Of a DNA stretch of 64,000 nt, positions 44,157-57,741 are shown piece after piece. The DNA is taken from the NCBI GenBank assembly GCA_951406725.2, contig OX597826.1, positions 11,656,001 through 11,720,000 of the forward strand. The letters run 5' to 3'. A program made the translations under genes and the position numbers. Numbering within the stretch: the first letter of the stretch is position 1; every line of letters starts with the position of its first letter. The notes below the pieces were generated by a model that searched no databases, had not been told where the DNA came from, and saw only the letters and a list, made by a program, of their open reading frames with translations. This DNA is from Octopus vulgaris (lineage: Eukaryota).

Positions 44157-44516
44157 ACTTCGGGGGAGTGTATAATAATTCCTTTTTAGAGCGCTGTATC
44201 TTGAAACGAAAAAAGCTCTTTGGATGATAGCGTGTAAGTATAGTGCTGTTCTTGGATAGGAAAAGACGAAGACTACCCTTGACACCCGAATCTACAAATC
44301 TTGTAGACATAGTAGGTGATATATATATATATATATATATATATACGTACATACACACACGTATATATATATACACATATATACACACACACATATTGGT
44401 TTCAAATTTTGGCACAAGGCCAGCAATTCCAATGGAATTTGAACTCAAGACGTAAGCAAGGACGAAACGCTGCTAAGCATTTCACATCGCATGCTAAACA
44501 TTCTGCCAGCTCCCCA

Positions 44517-45340
<824 letters not shown>

Positions 45341-45345
45341 CGTAA

Positions 45346-45618
45346 TGCGTAATCCAAGTCCTCCAGCTTGTTCATCAGTGTCCACTGAATACCTTTCCCG
45401 GAGGTAGCGTAGGCCGTCCTGGTGACCCAGTCCAGCACGACGAGGAACAGGAGCGATGACAACAAACAGCCCTGTTTGACTCCCGTGCTGACTCTGAATT
45501 CCTCCGACAATCTCCCAGCATGGATGACCTGGCAAGAAAACCCCTCGTAGAGTAATCGAATAATGCTCACGATCTTCTCTGGCACACCATAGTGTCGTAA
45601 GATGTCCCAAATTGTCTG
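45346..45618 (-). pseudogene. RTE LINE RT fragment (non-inverted part)
   Basis: QTIWDILRHYGVPEKIV..GVKQGCLLSSLLF..LEDLDYA; ends at YADD. Confidence 0.93.
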
Positions 45619-46627
45619 CATGTCGGTTGGCTCTCCACAATCGATTGGAAGCCCTACAGACGGAGGAGACAGAGGCACCTTCGGAACAATCCTGGACAAA
45701 CTTGAAAGAGGCTACAGTTGGAGCGGGCAAAGAGGTTCTGGGAAGGCGACCATTGAACAGGAAACCTTGGATAAATGACGAGACTTGGCAGAGGGTGGAG
45801 GAGAGGAAAATGCTGAAGAAGGAATTGAACCAGGCCAGAACCCATCAGCAGAAGCAGGCCGTTGCCAGTAAGTAAAGTGAGGTGGTGAGAGAAGTCAAGA
45901 AGAAACTAAGGAGAGACAGAAGAACATACTTCAATGAAGCGGAAACAGCAGCGAGGAAAGGAGACTTGAAGGTTGCTGAGTGGAAGGAGAGGCAACCCCG
46001 TCAGATCAGTAAAGGACAAGGCGGGACGGTTGCTAACTTCCATTGAGGGCCAACTGGCGAGATAGAAGGAACACTTCCAAGAAACATTTAACCGCCCTCC
46101 GCCTCAAGAGCCGCCAGAATTGTGGCCATGGATCCTGCTCAATATTCACATTGGAGAAATCACCAAGCCAGAAATCCGCAAATCCGTGAAGAGCTTAAAG
46201 AACGGAAAGGCAGCAGGAGTGGACAGCATACCAGCAGAGGCACTGAAGGCAGGAGAAGAGATGATCGATTACATACACCATGTGCTGAACTTGGTATGGA
46301 CAACAGAGAAGATCCCAACCGACTGGAAGATGGGTCTTTTGGTGAAGCTGCCAAAGAGTGGGGATTTATCACAATGTGAAAAGTGGAGAGGAGTTACCTT
46401 GCTTTCCATTCCAAGTAAAGTCTTTACAAGAATCATCCTGGAGCGATTTAAAGATACCATTGACAAGCAGCTCAGAGATGAGCAGGCAGGTTTCAGAAAG
46501 GAGAGATCATGCACGGACCAGATTGCGACGCTCAGAGTCATCGTGGAGCAGACGATGGAATGGCAAACGTTACTCTATTTGTGCTTCGTCAACTTTGTAA
46601 AAGCATTTGGCAGGGTAGACAGCCAGA
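45619..46627 (+). pseudogene. RTE LINE ORF fragment (inverted part)
   Basis: LHNRLEAL, KPWINDETW, LKNGKAAGVDSIPAE, KWRGVTLLS, EQAGFRKERSCTDQI, FVNFVKAFGRVD. Confidence 0.94.
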
Positions 46628-46761
46628 TAAATACAAATACGTGTGCTTAAAAACATGCGCATGCATATGACATACGCATGCATATTGTGTACACATACGC
46701 AGACAACGGTGTGCACATTCATATATCTATACGTAACAGTATACATACATTACATATATAC

Positions 46762-47069
46762 GCAGCTGTGTGGTAAGAAGCACGCTTCCCAAGCAAATGG
46801 TTCTGGGTTCAGTCCCACTGCGTGGTACCTTGGGCAAGTGTCTTCTACTATAGCCTCGGGCCGACCAAAGCCTTATAAGTAGACCAGGTAGACGGAAACT
46901 GAAAGAAACCCATCGTACATATAGAGTAGTAAGAAGTTTACTTCCTAATCACATGATTCGGGGTTCAGTCCCACTGCGTGGCACCTTGGGCAAATATCTC
47001 CTACTATAGTTTCGGTATGATCAAAACCTTGTCAGTGGATTTGGTAGACGGAAACTGCTAGAAACTCGT

Positions 47070-47150
<81 letters not shown>

Positions 47151-47455
47151 CTTTGTGTCTGTTTTTGTTACCCCCACTATCACTTGACAATCGATGTTAG
47201 TGTGTTTACATCCCCTGTAAATACAAGGCTTACAAGGAATAAGTTTTGGGATCAATTTGTTCGACTCCAGGATGATTCAAATGACATGACTGAAATAAGT
47301 AAAAAATAAAAGAATATACATACATGCATATACATACATACATACATACATACATACATACATACATACATACATACATACATGCGTCTATTTGCCCGAC
47401 TAAAGGTGGTGCTCCAGCACGGCCGCAGACAAGTGATTGAAACAAATAAATGAAA
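46762..47455 (+). mobile_element. Clustered SINE family A copies and fragments
   Basis: Two heads (46762, 46925) plus tail pieces. Confidence 0.8.
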
Positions 47456-47887
47456 AAAAAGTGGTTTCAAATACTGGCCCATGGTCGGCGACTTTAGTAG
47501 GTTGGGGATAGTCGACCCCGGTGCTCCCCTGGGGCTTTTTTTATCGACGCTGAAAGGATGAAAAACAAAGTCGACCTTGGTGGAATAAACTAAGAACTAA
47601 CCATCAGTTCAAAAGTTTAGCAAATTTGTTCTGCATTAATAAATTTTAAATGTTTTTTTTTATAACAAAAAGGAAATACTGCAAGATCACGCACCCAATC
47701 ACACACATCCAAACGCGCACAAACACACAATTACACACACTCACCATACAGCCACACATACACATATATACACATATGTGTGCGTACGTCTATTTAAATG
47801 CGTATACATTCCAGCATATATATGCATACATACATATTCATAGAACTCATGTATATGTATATGAATATATGTATGTAACTCTGTGTC

Positions 47888-47965
<78 letters not shown>

Positions 47966-49096
47966 ATCACCAATGTGTGCACAATAGAAAATTGCATTTA
48001 GATGGTTTCCTATTGCAGCAGATGTCTTTTATTGCCGTTGAGTAAAGCCATTATAATGTTTAAGCTCAAGAAATTTGATATTTCGAGTAAATTAAATGAA
48101 TATACATATTACAATGAGTAACATGGAAACGAACTCCTGGCTCTCTGGTTCATCGATAGTCGAATTGACAGAGTATCTGGTTACCTGTTGAAAGGTTTAT
48201 TATATGTATCCCGTCGTTGTAGCAAGGTAATATATTCAGTTCTCCCTGGAGCTTTCTAGCCATAAATAAACAATTCTCTAGGCAGGAGCACAAATTATAC
48301 GCGCAGGTGGAATATATTAATACTATAATGTTACAAAAGTAGAATATTTATAATCTTCCTTTATTTAAATTTCGTGGTGCTTATACGAAATAATAAAATG
48401 AATACAAATATTTTTTTAAATATTTATTTCATTAAAGTTAAATTAAATTAATTTCTCATTTGTACATTTGCAATGGATATACATTATCAATAACAATAAT
48501 ATTGTTTAACTATCACTTTATTACAAATGTTTCGTAATCTGTTATTAATAACACTGGTAAAAATATATTTCCATACATAGTTGTCATGATTGGTATTTAG
48601 TCATTGTAGAAGTGAACTCCAATCTTAATGGAGTTTTCTTTCTCCAATAACTATGACGTGTCGTAACACCAACATTGAATATATACAAATGTATATATAA
48701 GTGTATGCAATTATTTTCTTAGCTGAAAGTGATGATAAAATATATGTACCAGTTGTAAAAGACAATTTTAGTTAGTTTGAATGAAAAGCTGTTAACGCGT
48801 GAAAAATAATCAGCCACTCAGCTTGTTAGAAATAACTCCCAGATTCTCTCAACTTACGCTGTTACCATCTTAAAAGAGAAGGCCAAATCAGATATGGTTT
48901 TAGATTTACTTAAAAAAAAAAAGAACGGGATAGTTGTGGTTTGAACATACTTAGTTATGCTGGTTTTCAGAGAAATTGAAGCAAACATAAGAATAGTTGT
49001 TCTAGCATAATTTTGGGGTACTGATTTCAGATACAAAACCAGTTTTCACTCAAATCTAACTTTTGAGATATACATTATGATTTTGCGACAATTTGA

Positions 49097-49503
49097 TAGG
49101 CGCAGGAGTGGCTGTGTGGTAAGAAGATTGCTTACTAACCATATGGTTCCGGGTTCAGTCTCACTGTGTGGCACCTTGATCAAGTGTCTTCTACTATAGC
49201 CACGGGCCGACCAAAGCCTTGTGAGTGGATTTGGTAGACGGAAACTGAAAGAAGCCCGTCGTATATATGTATATATATATGTGTTTGTCGTAAATATGCA
49301 TATATATATATGTGTTTGTCTCCCCAACATCGCTTGAAAACCGATGCTGGTGTGTTTACGTCCCCGTAACATTAGCGGTTCGGCAAAAGTGACCGATAGA
49401 ATAAGTACTAGGCTTACAAAGAATAAGTTCTGGGGTCGATTTGCTCGACTAAAGGCGGTGCTCCAGCATGGCCGCAGTCAAATGGCTGAAACAAGTAAAA
49501 GAA
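49097..49503 (+). mobile_element. SINE family A, full copy
   Basis: Near-identical to 21710-22120. Confidence 0.9.
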
Positions 49504-49584
49504 TAATTCACGTAACCAATTTTTATGATCAATTTTTATTTTGTTTTCCAGTCTTTTGTGACACATATGATACATGTCTCTATA

Positions 49585-50254
49585 ATGGCTCCAGGCACTT
49601 CAAAATACCGAGGATGCACCAACAAGGTAAGTTCATTCTGCTACGTGTTGTGGGATCTCATGACAGTTGCACAGCGCCGAACAATTACTTCCCCCCTGAG
49701 AACTGCTTACCTTCATTATTTTGACTGTAAAATTGGAGATCAGGACAAATCCTGGATCCCACACATCTGTTGTAAATCCTGCTACAATGGACTAACTACA
49801 CGGTTTAATGGCACGAAAGCAGCCTTCAACTTTGCTGTCCCGATGGTGATAAATCCTTTCGCAAAATACGACAGTTACACCTGCCATTAACACTAAAAGA
49901 AGAAGAAATTTTAAGAAAAACGGATCCTGTGCACAAAGCCCCATTTTTCTGTGCTAGAATTGTCAGAATTTTGAATTTCACTTTGGAGCCAACATCATCG
50001 ATTAGCTACAACAGCCGTTAAATCTCAGTTGCCTTTTGTATCATCGTATCTTTGCGAATTAGGTGTCCCTGCGATTATGGATATGAAGTAAAAAAGAAAA
50101 AGCACAGGAACGATAATAGATGGTAGATGAGGAGTTACGAATTTATTTAACTAATTTAGAGCCGCGTTCTGATAGAATTCTTTCTCAAAATCAATTGCAT
50201 TCTTCTCACTGAAAACATCATTATAGTCTTATATTACCTATATATATGTGTGTG

Positions 50255-50292
<38 letters not shown>

Positions 50293-50655
50293 TGCCCATC
50301 TGAAGTACTCGTATGACAATATGGAGCTCCTTTTGTTGGAAGCTGTCAAGTTCAACCAGTACCAGTGGAGTCTCTGCGGGGACCTCAAGTTCATTGGACT
50401 CCTTATGAGTATGCAAGCAGTCTTCACAAAGTACTGTTACTTTCTCTGTCTCTGGGACAGTCGGGCTGTGTCCAAGCACTACAAGCAGAAAGACTGGGGA
50501 TGTAGGAGCACTTTCGTGCCAGGTGAACACAGCGTCCAAGAAAATCCTCTGGTGGGCATGAACAAAGTGCTTCTTCCCTCCTCTTCATATCAAACTTGGT
50601 TTAATGATGAATTTCCTGAAGGCCATGTATAAAAGTGGCGCTACCTTTCATGAAC
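49585..50655 (+). pseudogene. Fragments of a Chapaev-like (CMC) transposase (49585-49848 and 50292-50655)
   Basis: SFCYVLW..AYLHYFDCKIGDQDKSWIPHICCKSC..FAVPMV and WSLCGDLK..FTKYCYFLCLWDSRA..KVLLP; family assignment from recall. Confidence 0.72.
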
Positions 50656-51026
50656 ATAAGAGACTGTGCGGAGAAAATGCTACTTTTTAACTAAGACTCT
50701 ATCAGAAAAGTTTGAGAGTCGGTTACAGCGAATTGAGTCGAACCCTGTTATATGCCAAGTACTTATTTTATCGATTCGTAAAGATGAAATCGGAAGGATG
50801 TAACGGAAATAATTATGTACATCAAGGCATTTTATTCGTTCGTCATTCTACCGATTCTGTCATACATTGCATTTCTTTATTGTTACAGCCTTTTTTAAAA
50901 TTTCAACTCTTGATAAAACCGTAACGGTGCAGTCGGGATATACAGGATGCCTTGTTCTCTCTTACCTTCAAGATTTCTGATAGTTATGTTACCAAAAGAA
51001 ACGATTATATTCTTAACTAATAATTT

Positions 51027-51306
51027 TTTTATGCGCCCTTTTCAGGCTCATGGGCCCGTTCTCCCGGTTTCTATGGCGTATGTGTTCCCCCCAGCTGGAC
51101 GGAACGCTAGGCCATCGCAGCGTTACTCAACAAACAGGAAGAAAGAGTGAGAGAAAGTTGGGGCGAAAGAATACAACAGGGGTCTCCACCCCATCCCTGC
51201 CAGAGCCTAGTGGAGCTTTAGGTGTTTTCGCTCAATAGACACACACAACGCCCGATCCTCCGACCGCGAGTCCGCTGCCTTAACCACAGGGCCATTGCGC
51301 CTCCTC
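51027..51306 (-). mobile_element. SINE family C, tail type 3
   Basis: Same head, a third tail (gctgcgatggcctagcgttccgtccag...gaaaccgggag), A-rich end, TSD taactaataattt at 51014 and 51307. Confidence 0.85.
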
Positions 51307-51792
51307 TAACTAATAATTTAATTTCAAAATTTGGCACATGGTCAGAAATTTTTTGTAGGTGGTGGTGAGGGCGGTTAAGTCGATTACGCGACCCCAATAT
51401 TCAACTGGTACTTATTTTATCGACCCCGAAAGGATGATAGACAAAGTCATACTCAGTAGTATTTGAACCCAGAACGTAGCGACGCACAAAATGCTGGTTT
51501 GCTCGGTGTGCTAACGATTCTGCCAGCTCGCTGCCTTACTTGAACTATTAATATTATAGATTACTTTAAGGTGGTGAGGTGGCAGAATTGTTAGAACTTC
51601 CGAGGTTGACTTTGTCTTTCATCCTTTTAGGATCGATAAAATAAGTACAAGTTGAGCACTGGAGTCGATGTAATTCACTTATCCCCTGCCTCGAAGTTAC
51701 TGGCCTTGTGCCAAAATTTGAAACCATTAGTATATGATACTTAGTTTAACCTGGCGAGCTGGCAGAACCGTTACCGTTCCGGAAAAAAATGC

Positions 51793-52238
51793 GGATCTTT
51801 TCGGTTTGAACGGCAGTTTTTTAAAATAATTTCCACGTAACTAAACACTTTTAAACTTCGTATACTGGCGTATACTGATAGAATGTGTTTATAAAACATC
51901 TTTTTCTCTCGGCTTTATTGAGAAAATTCTATAGTTTGTAAGATATTTGTTTTTTTTTTCTTCAATGTCTGCAATTTCAACCAATCAATGACGTCTATTG
52001 AGGTGCAAACATTCTGTGCCGTATGAATATGTCCCTCGTTTAAGAAATAAATTGGATTTATTTACATTTCTGAAGAAAAAAAATAACCTTCCCCCACCCC
52101 TAACCCTAACTAACCCTAACTCTAACCCTAACCCTAAAATAGATTGAAATGCAATAGATCGATACTAGGGTCATAATTATGGGTGACAATTTCATATGAC
52201 ACCGCTAGAAAAAACTGCTGTTCAAACCGAAAAGATCC
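51793..52238. mobile_element. MITE with 29-bp GG-starting TIRs and 8-bp TSD (Merlin-like), nested in SINE B
   Basis: TIR ggatcttttcggtttgaac(g/a)gcagttttt; TSD aaaaatgc at 51785-51792 and 52239-52246; internal (CCCTAA)n. Confidence 0.88.
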
Positions 52239-52562
52239 AAAAATGCTTAGCAGCATTTCTTCCGACTTTGCGTTCTCTGAGTTCAAGTGTCACCGGAATT
52301 GACTTTACTTTTCATCTTTTCGGGGGCTATAAAATAAGCAACAATTGAGTCCTGGGGTTGATTAATCGACTTAACCCCTCCCCCGAAATTGCTGGCCTTG
52401 TACCAAAGTTTGAAACCAATATAATAAATCTTAGTTGGTTTGATTCACCGATTGACTGGGCGTCACGCACTCACTAGATTGATCGTCATATATTAATCCA
52501 AATTTGAGAATTGTGTATTTTAATTCTTTCATTTGGACATAGGTAATAATATAAAGAAGGTG

Positions 52563-52740
52563 AGAGCGACGAGCTGGCAGAAACGTTAGCACGCCGCGCG
52601 AAATTAGCAGTATTTCGTCTGCCGCTACGTTCTGAGTTCAAATTCCGCCGAGGTCGACTTTGCCTTTCATCCTTTCGGGGTCGATTATAAGTACCAGTTA
52701 TGCACTGGGGTCGATATAATCGACTTAATACCTTTGTCCA
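52563..52740 (+). mobile_element. SINE family B
   Basis: Family B head and core. Confidence 0.85.
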
Positions 52741-52918
52741 GTAGTATTGGAATTGGAACTTACTCACAAGGTATTGGAATCTTCTATGTATACCATTCTG
52801 TCTAAATAATGGATCTACAGATGCAATATCCCTGCATATCTCACGTCTATTTTCATTCCTCCACTCTCTATTTCATATCTTATCTAAAATAACTATTGTT
52901 TAACTATTTTCTCACACC

Positions 52919-52970
52919 GTCTCCGATGCAGGGATATAATAAATAAATATCCTGGAAACAGCTGTAAGAC
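52919..52970 (+). ncRNA. Type I hammerhead-like motif, CCGATG core variant
   Basis: GTCT-CCGATGC-AGGGATAT...ATATCCTG-GAAA-CAGCTG-TA-AGAC; A9 replaced by C. Confidence 0.6.
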
Positions 52971-53181
52971 CTTTTTATAAATGTTCTAAAATCTTTCACA
53001 GCCTTGGACTTCTATCTCATTCTGAAAAACTTTTTGATATATACACATGCTGATGTATGACTTACGTTGGACTCCTCATTCGCATTATCACCGAACCTGG
53101 AGCTTAACTATAGTATGTCCATTGCACTTACTCAGCATTACTTGACACCTTTGGGTCTTATTGACACCCTTACCTCTCATA

Positions 53182-53259
<78 letters not shown>

Positions 53260-53324
53260 GTTCGTTAGCCCCTACACGCAATTTTTTCTCTCCTTATTTC
53301 TCTCCTTGTTTCTTTTCTGTGTAT

Positions 53325-53360
53325 ATTTCTATCGAAGAGCGTAGGCTCGAAACGTAAAAG
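53325..53360 (+). ncRNA. Minimal HHR, U6 family (element 53237-53490)
   Basis: ATTT-CTATCGA-AGAGC-GTAG-GCTC-GAAA-CG-TA-AAAG. Confidence 0.6.
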
Positions 53361-53487
53361 ACTTGTTTTATTTCTATTCCTCAGCGCCATACTAATACAT
53401 TATTTGTTTGTACTCCACCTGCCTTCGTCTTTTGTTTATTTTCGTAAACCTGCCTTCGTCTTTTGTTTATTTTCGTAAACCTTCCGT

Positions 53488-53520
<33 letters not shown>

Positions 53521-53689
53521 CCTTCAAAATATAAGTGAAATAGATTAAACTGACTGATTGTTATTAAGTTTTGATTAAGGTGGCGAAAAGGCAGAATCGT
53601 TTAGACGTCTGACAAAAAAATCTTAGTGGTATTTATTCAGGGTTTAAGGCGGCGAGCTGGCAGAATCGTTAGCACGCCAGGCAAAATAC

Positions 53690-53920
53690 TCAGCATAAAC
53701 ATATACCCTTAACGTAGTTCTCAGGATGACTCCAAATGTGAGAAGGGGCTGGCTCTTTGAAAAACAGGCCGTACTACTCATTATTACCAGCTGAATGGAC
53801 TGGATGAAGCAACGTGAAATAAAGCGTCTTGTTCAAAGACAGAATGCGCCGACGAGAATAGAACTCACAACTTTGCGATCGCGAGCCGAATACCATAACC
53901 CCATAGCCACGCGCCTCCAC
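53690..53920 (-). mobile_element. SINE family D (different head, type 1 tail) nested in SINE B
   Basis: gtggaggcgcgtggct...ggctcgcgatc head, gtctttgaacaagacgcttt core, tail matching 30035-30125. Confidence 0.65.
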
Positions 53921-55197
53921 GAGTAGATAAACTAAGTACCAGTTTAGCACTTGGTCGAGATAATCCACAAAACTCTTACCACAGAATTTCAGGCCTTGTG
54001 CCTAGAGCAGAAACGGTATTTATTCTGGCTTTACGTTCAAAGTTTCCGTCAGGATCGACTTTGCTAATCATCCATTTAGGGTCGATAAAATAAGTGCCTG
54101 TCGAGTAATGGTGTCAATCTAATCGACTATCGCTCGCCCCCTCCTACAAATTTCAAGCCTTTTGCCCATATATTAGAAAGGATTATTAGATAAGGATAAC
54201 AAACCCTACAAGCTATATTACTGATTGATTTACATTCAGTCATCGGCTTAGAACGTTCTGGAGGTTCTCGTCTGAAACGTCTTAAAGAAATACCAGAGAA
54301 AGAAAAAGAAAGAAAGAAAGAGAAAGAAAAAGAGAAGGGGAGGGAGAGAGAGAAGAAGGAAAGATGGGAAGAATGAAACAAAGACAGTGGGGAGAGTGAT
54401 TAAACAACAAAGGGAGAAAGAGACAGAGAGAGGACTAGTAAGGACAGAAAGAAAATGGAATAAAACGACCACTGTATACTGTCCATTGAAATCTGACACC
54501 GTATTGATTAGTATGACTCTAAACTCGTAAGTTATCAATTGTAATGGAATCCATTTTCCTCTACACTTCCGGTTTTAAATGTTTCTATGATTTATGGTTA
54601 AAAATAAAGAATTACTAAGATATATAAATGTAAATGGACCTCCGTCAGTTTTGACGTTGACTGTTCAAATTATACAATCAGTAGAACGGCCACCTCAATG
54701 AATTATGGGTGTGATTGAGTATTCGACTGGCAAATGTAGCCTTAATCTAACTCTTAAGCAGAATTAGTGTGACAAAGTGTAGGACAAATCCAGTCGTTTA
54801 AATTACAGGTAAAATTTAGTCTTGGATTGGGCTTCCAAGCAATTTCCGTCTTCCCAATTTCAGGCATAAGGCTTGCAAGTGTCAGAGGCTATTGTTAAAA
54901 GGAGAATGAGACGATTGTGCAAAACTGTTCGGACGGTGGTGATTTGGCATGGTTGACTGGACATTGAATCCGTTTTCGTAGTTGTACTTTTAACATTGGG
55001 GGCAAACACACACACGCATGCATGCAGATATATTCGCATACACATGGTGAAGGTGAGAGAGAGAGTGAGAGAGAGAGGGGGAGGAAAGGAGAGAGACATT
55101 ACAATTTATTAACTGAATTTGATTGATATAAACACTTTCCTTCTCCTCAAACACATAAGATAACTATGCTCAGAGAGAGAGAGAGACAGACAGACAG

Positions 55198-55245
<48 letters not shown>

Positions 55246-55505
55246 GGATGATATTATTAAAATACCATCACAAGTGGTAAGCGAATTATTAGCCGTACAG
55301 GCAAATTAATAAAATATATACATACAATATTAGATATGTACATATATACACAAGGGTACTAAATGAGTACCTATATCGCCAATGATAGAAGTCAAAAAAT
55401 ACTTCTCTACCACCGAAAAGTCACAATTCCATTCCAGACAAGATAGGAAAAAATATCAGCGAACAATAATAATGTCTTACCTCAAATGGGTCAGAACAAG
55501 AAGAT

Positions 55506-55581
55506 GCTGGTCAACTCAGTACAGGTTTCGAAATTTAGCGCCACCTAGGCGCGTGATTTCTCATCAACCAAGTCTTCCAGC
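55506..55581 (-). ncRNA. Type I hammerhead motif with extended stem I (element 55243-55610 in TA)
   Basis: GCTGG-AA-GACTTGG-TTGATGA-GAAAT..GCGCC(TAGGT)GGCGC..ATTTC-GAAA-CCTG-TA-CTGAGTT-GA-CCAGC; C3 replaced by U. Confidence 0.75.
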
Positions 55582-55605
55582 TTAATAACTACTAACATTT
55601 TTTGC

Positions 55606-55639
<34 letters not shown>

Positions 55640-55640
<1 letters not shown>

Positions 55641-57480
55641 GAACAATAGCGTCTAGTTTCCTTGTGTTTCCCCTTTGCTTTACATACTGTGTACCTCTTT
55701 GAAGTATTTGTCTTCTTGGCAGTGGAGGGAAAACAGCCGTGGAAAATGTCCACGTCCTTTCACTATGCGGTGAGGTGGGAGTTCCGCGTGGGGATCTCCG
55801 CGCGTTCTGTATTCTGGCAGGTCTGATGTTTCTATCATTTCACGGAACAATAGATTCCTGGATGTCAATCCATCCCCAACACCGCCAAACATCTGCCAAA
55901 TCTAATGTGAGTTCCCGACACTCATGTCAACTATATACAAGAAAATTCTTTTGTACCATTTCACAAATTTTCTCACCGATTTGTGTCGTCGCCAGCTGAT
56001 CTGAGCGCTCGACCCCGCGATCTACACTATGTTTCCTAATATCCTTCATGCTTTTAAAATGCATTGTGGATAACATGCAGACGTTTTTCTTGTCACGCCT
56101 CAGTAGATTGAGAATGCCACTATCGGTGCACCGGTACACACGCTGTTTCCCCCTTTTGAAGTTTGATCATGTGAAGATCGGGCGGCATGTTTTTCCTGTG
56201 CGTCCTCACAGTCCCACAGGCATTAGTGTTCCTCATCTGCCACTGCAAGAAGAGGTCTGAACTGGAAAACCAGTTGTCCATTTAAATATTGTAGTCTTTG
56301 TCAAACAAATTTTCATTCAGCGACAATACGACATCAGTTGATGCTAAAGCAGACGCTGGAAGATCCAATCTGAACTAACTAATGTAGATTTTGTAATTCC
56401 ACGTGTACCCACAGGTTCTGTCAGTTGACTGGCATACCTTATAAACCTTGACTTCAAAGTGGGAACGTTTGGTCGGGTTGTATTGTTTGAATCGGAGCCT
56501 TCCCTTGAATTTCCACAAATTCTCGTCTGTACAAATGTCTTGTGTGTAGACATACACCTTTCTGAAATTTTCGGCCACTTCGTCAACGATAGGACGTATT
56601 TTGTGCAGCTTGCATCCTGGTTATCGCCTGAGCTGATTTCGAAGAAGCGCCAAAAATCGATCACGTGGCATCGTTTCCGGATCCTGATTCCAAAATGACG
56701 CCAGGGTCGGTTTCTTGACGATGCCCATCAGTATCAGCTGGGAAAGCAGAACTTTGATTTTGTCCCCTGTGGTCGGAAACCAATCACTGCCATGCCTTGG
56801 TCTGATATGTTGGGGATGGTTTTCAGCATAGACATTTACTTCGTCCTCTATATATTGGAACATTTCATCCCTCAAAACCTCTTGGAAGATTTCCAACGGC
56901 GAACTTTCATGTTCAAAGTTTGCCTTTATGCCAGGCGTACCAGTAAACCCATGCCATCGGACGAAGTTGTCTCTCGCTCGCCAGATTCATTTGCTGCCCG
57001 CCTGTACCTTTGATTCACCGGAATATCATCATCGCTATCGGAATCATCTGATTCTGAAGTAGGAAAATTCTCACTCTCTCCAAGTCATCGTTCGAACCGG
57101 AAGAAACAAGTGTTGAGGTGGTGGAGCTCGGTGTCGCTTGGCGCGACGACCGTAAACTCGACGAAACAGGACGCGACGACGAAAATGACAGAGCCGGAGT
57201 AGCAGGACCAACCTATCGGGTTGTAAATATTGACATGAAACATCTAATTGGTTCCAAGTCAGAGCTGTACGGAAAGGTTTTATGCAAGTACAAATCGAGA
57301 TGAAGAGAGATGGGAGCCCGCAGGGGGTTTGGTGCCGTGAAATTCAGTTACGCTGCTCTATTGGACAAACCGTTGGAGACAGAAGGACGAACGATATAAG
57401 CAGTTCCATCTCCATTTATGAGACCAAATATATATGACACAGCAATTACGGATAACTCACTCATTCAAGTCATGTTTTAA
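55640..57480 (-). mobile_element. Decayed piggyBac (PGBD4-like) transposon
   Basis: LILMGIVKKP..FW, MPRDRF, ICTDENLWKFKGRLRFKQYNPTK, GYTWNYKIY, RDKKNVCMLSTMH, GVERSDQ; frameshifted; ends approximate. Confidence 0.9.
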
Positions 57481-57630
57481 TCACTATATAGTATATATCA
57501 ATATATGATAAACACCTACACATTACGACATAACGATATAAACACGCACACTAACATATGTATAAATTTATATACATGTGTGTGTGTGTATGTATAGTTG
57601 TATATATGTATGTACGTACGTATGTATGGA

Positions 57631-57670
<40 letters not shown>

Positions 57671-57700
57671 TATATCTATATATATATATATATTCATAGT

Positions 57701-57741
<41 letters not shown>

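Noticed and set aside
46120-46650. Functional RT or transposase genes (also 32703, 50246, 56375-56896)
   Set aside because: All are fragments with stops, frameshifts, lost catalytic residues or nested insertions.
52098-52138. Telomere or chromosome fusion scar
   Set aside because: Short, degenerate and inside a TIR/TSD-bounded MITE.
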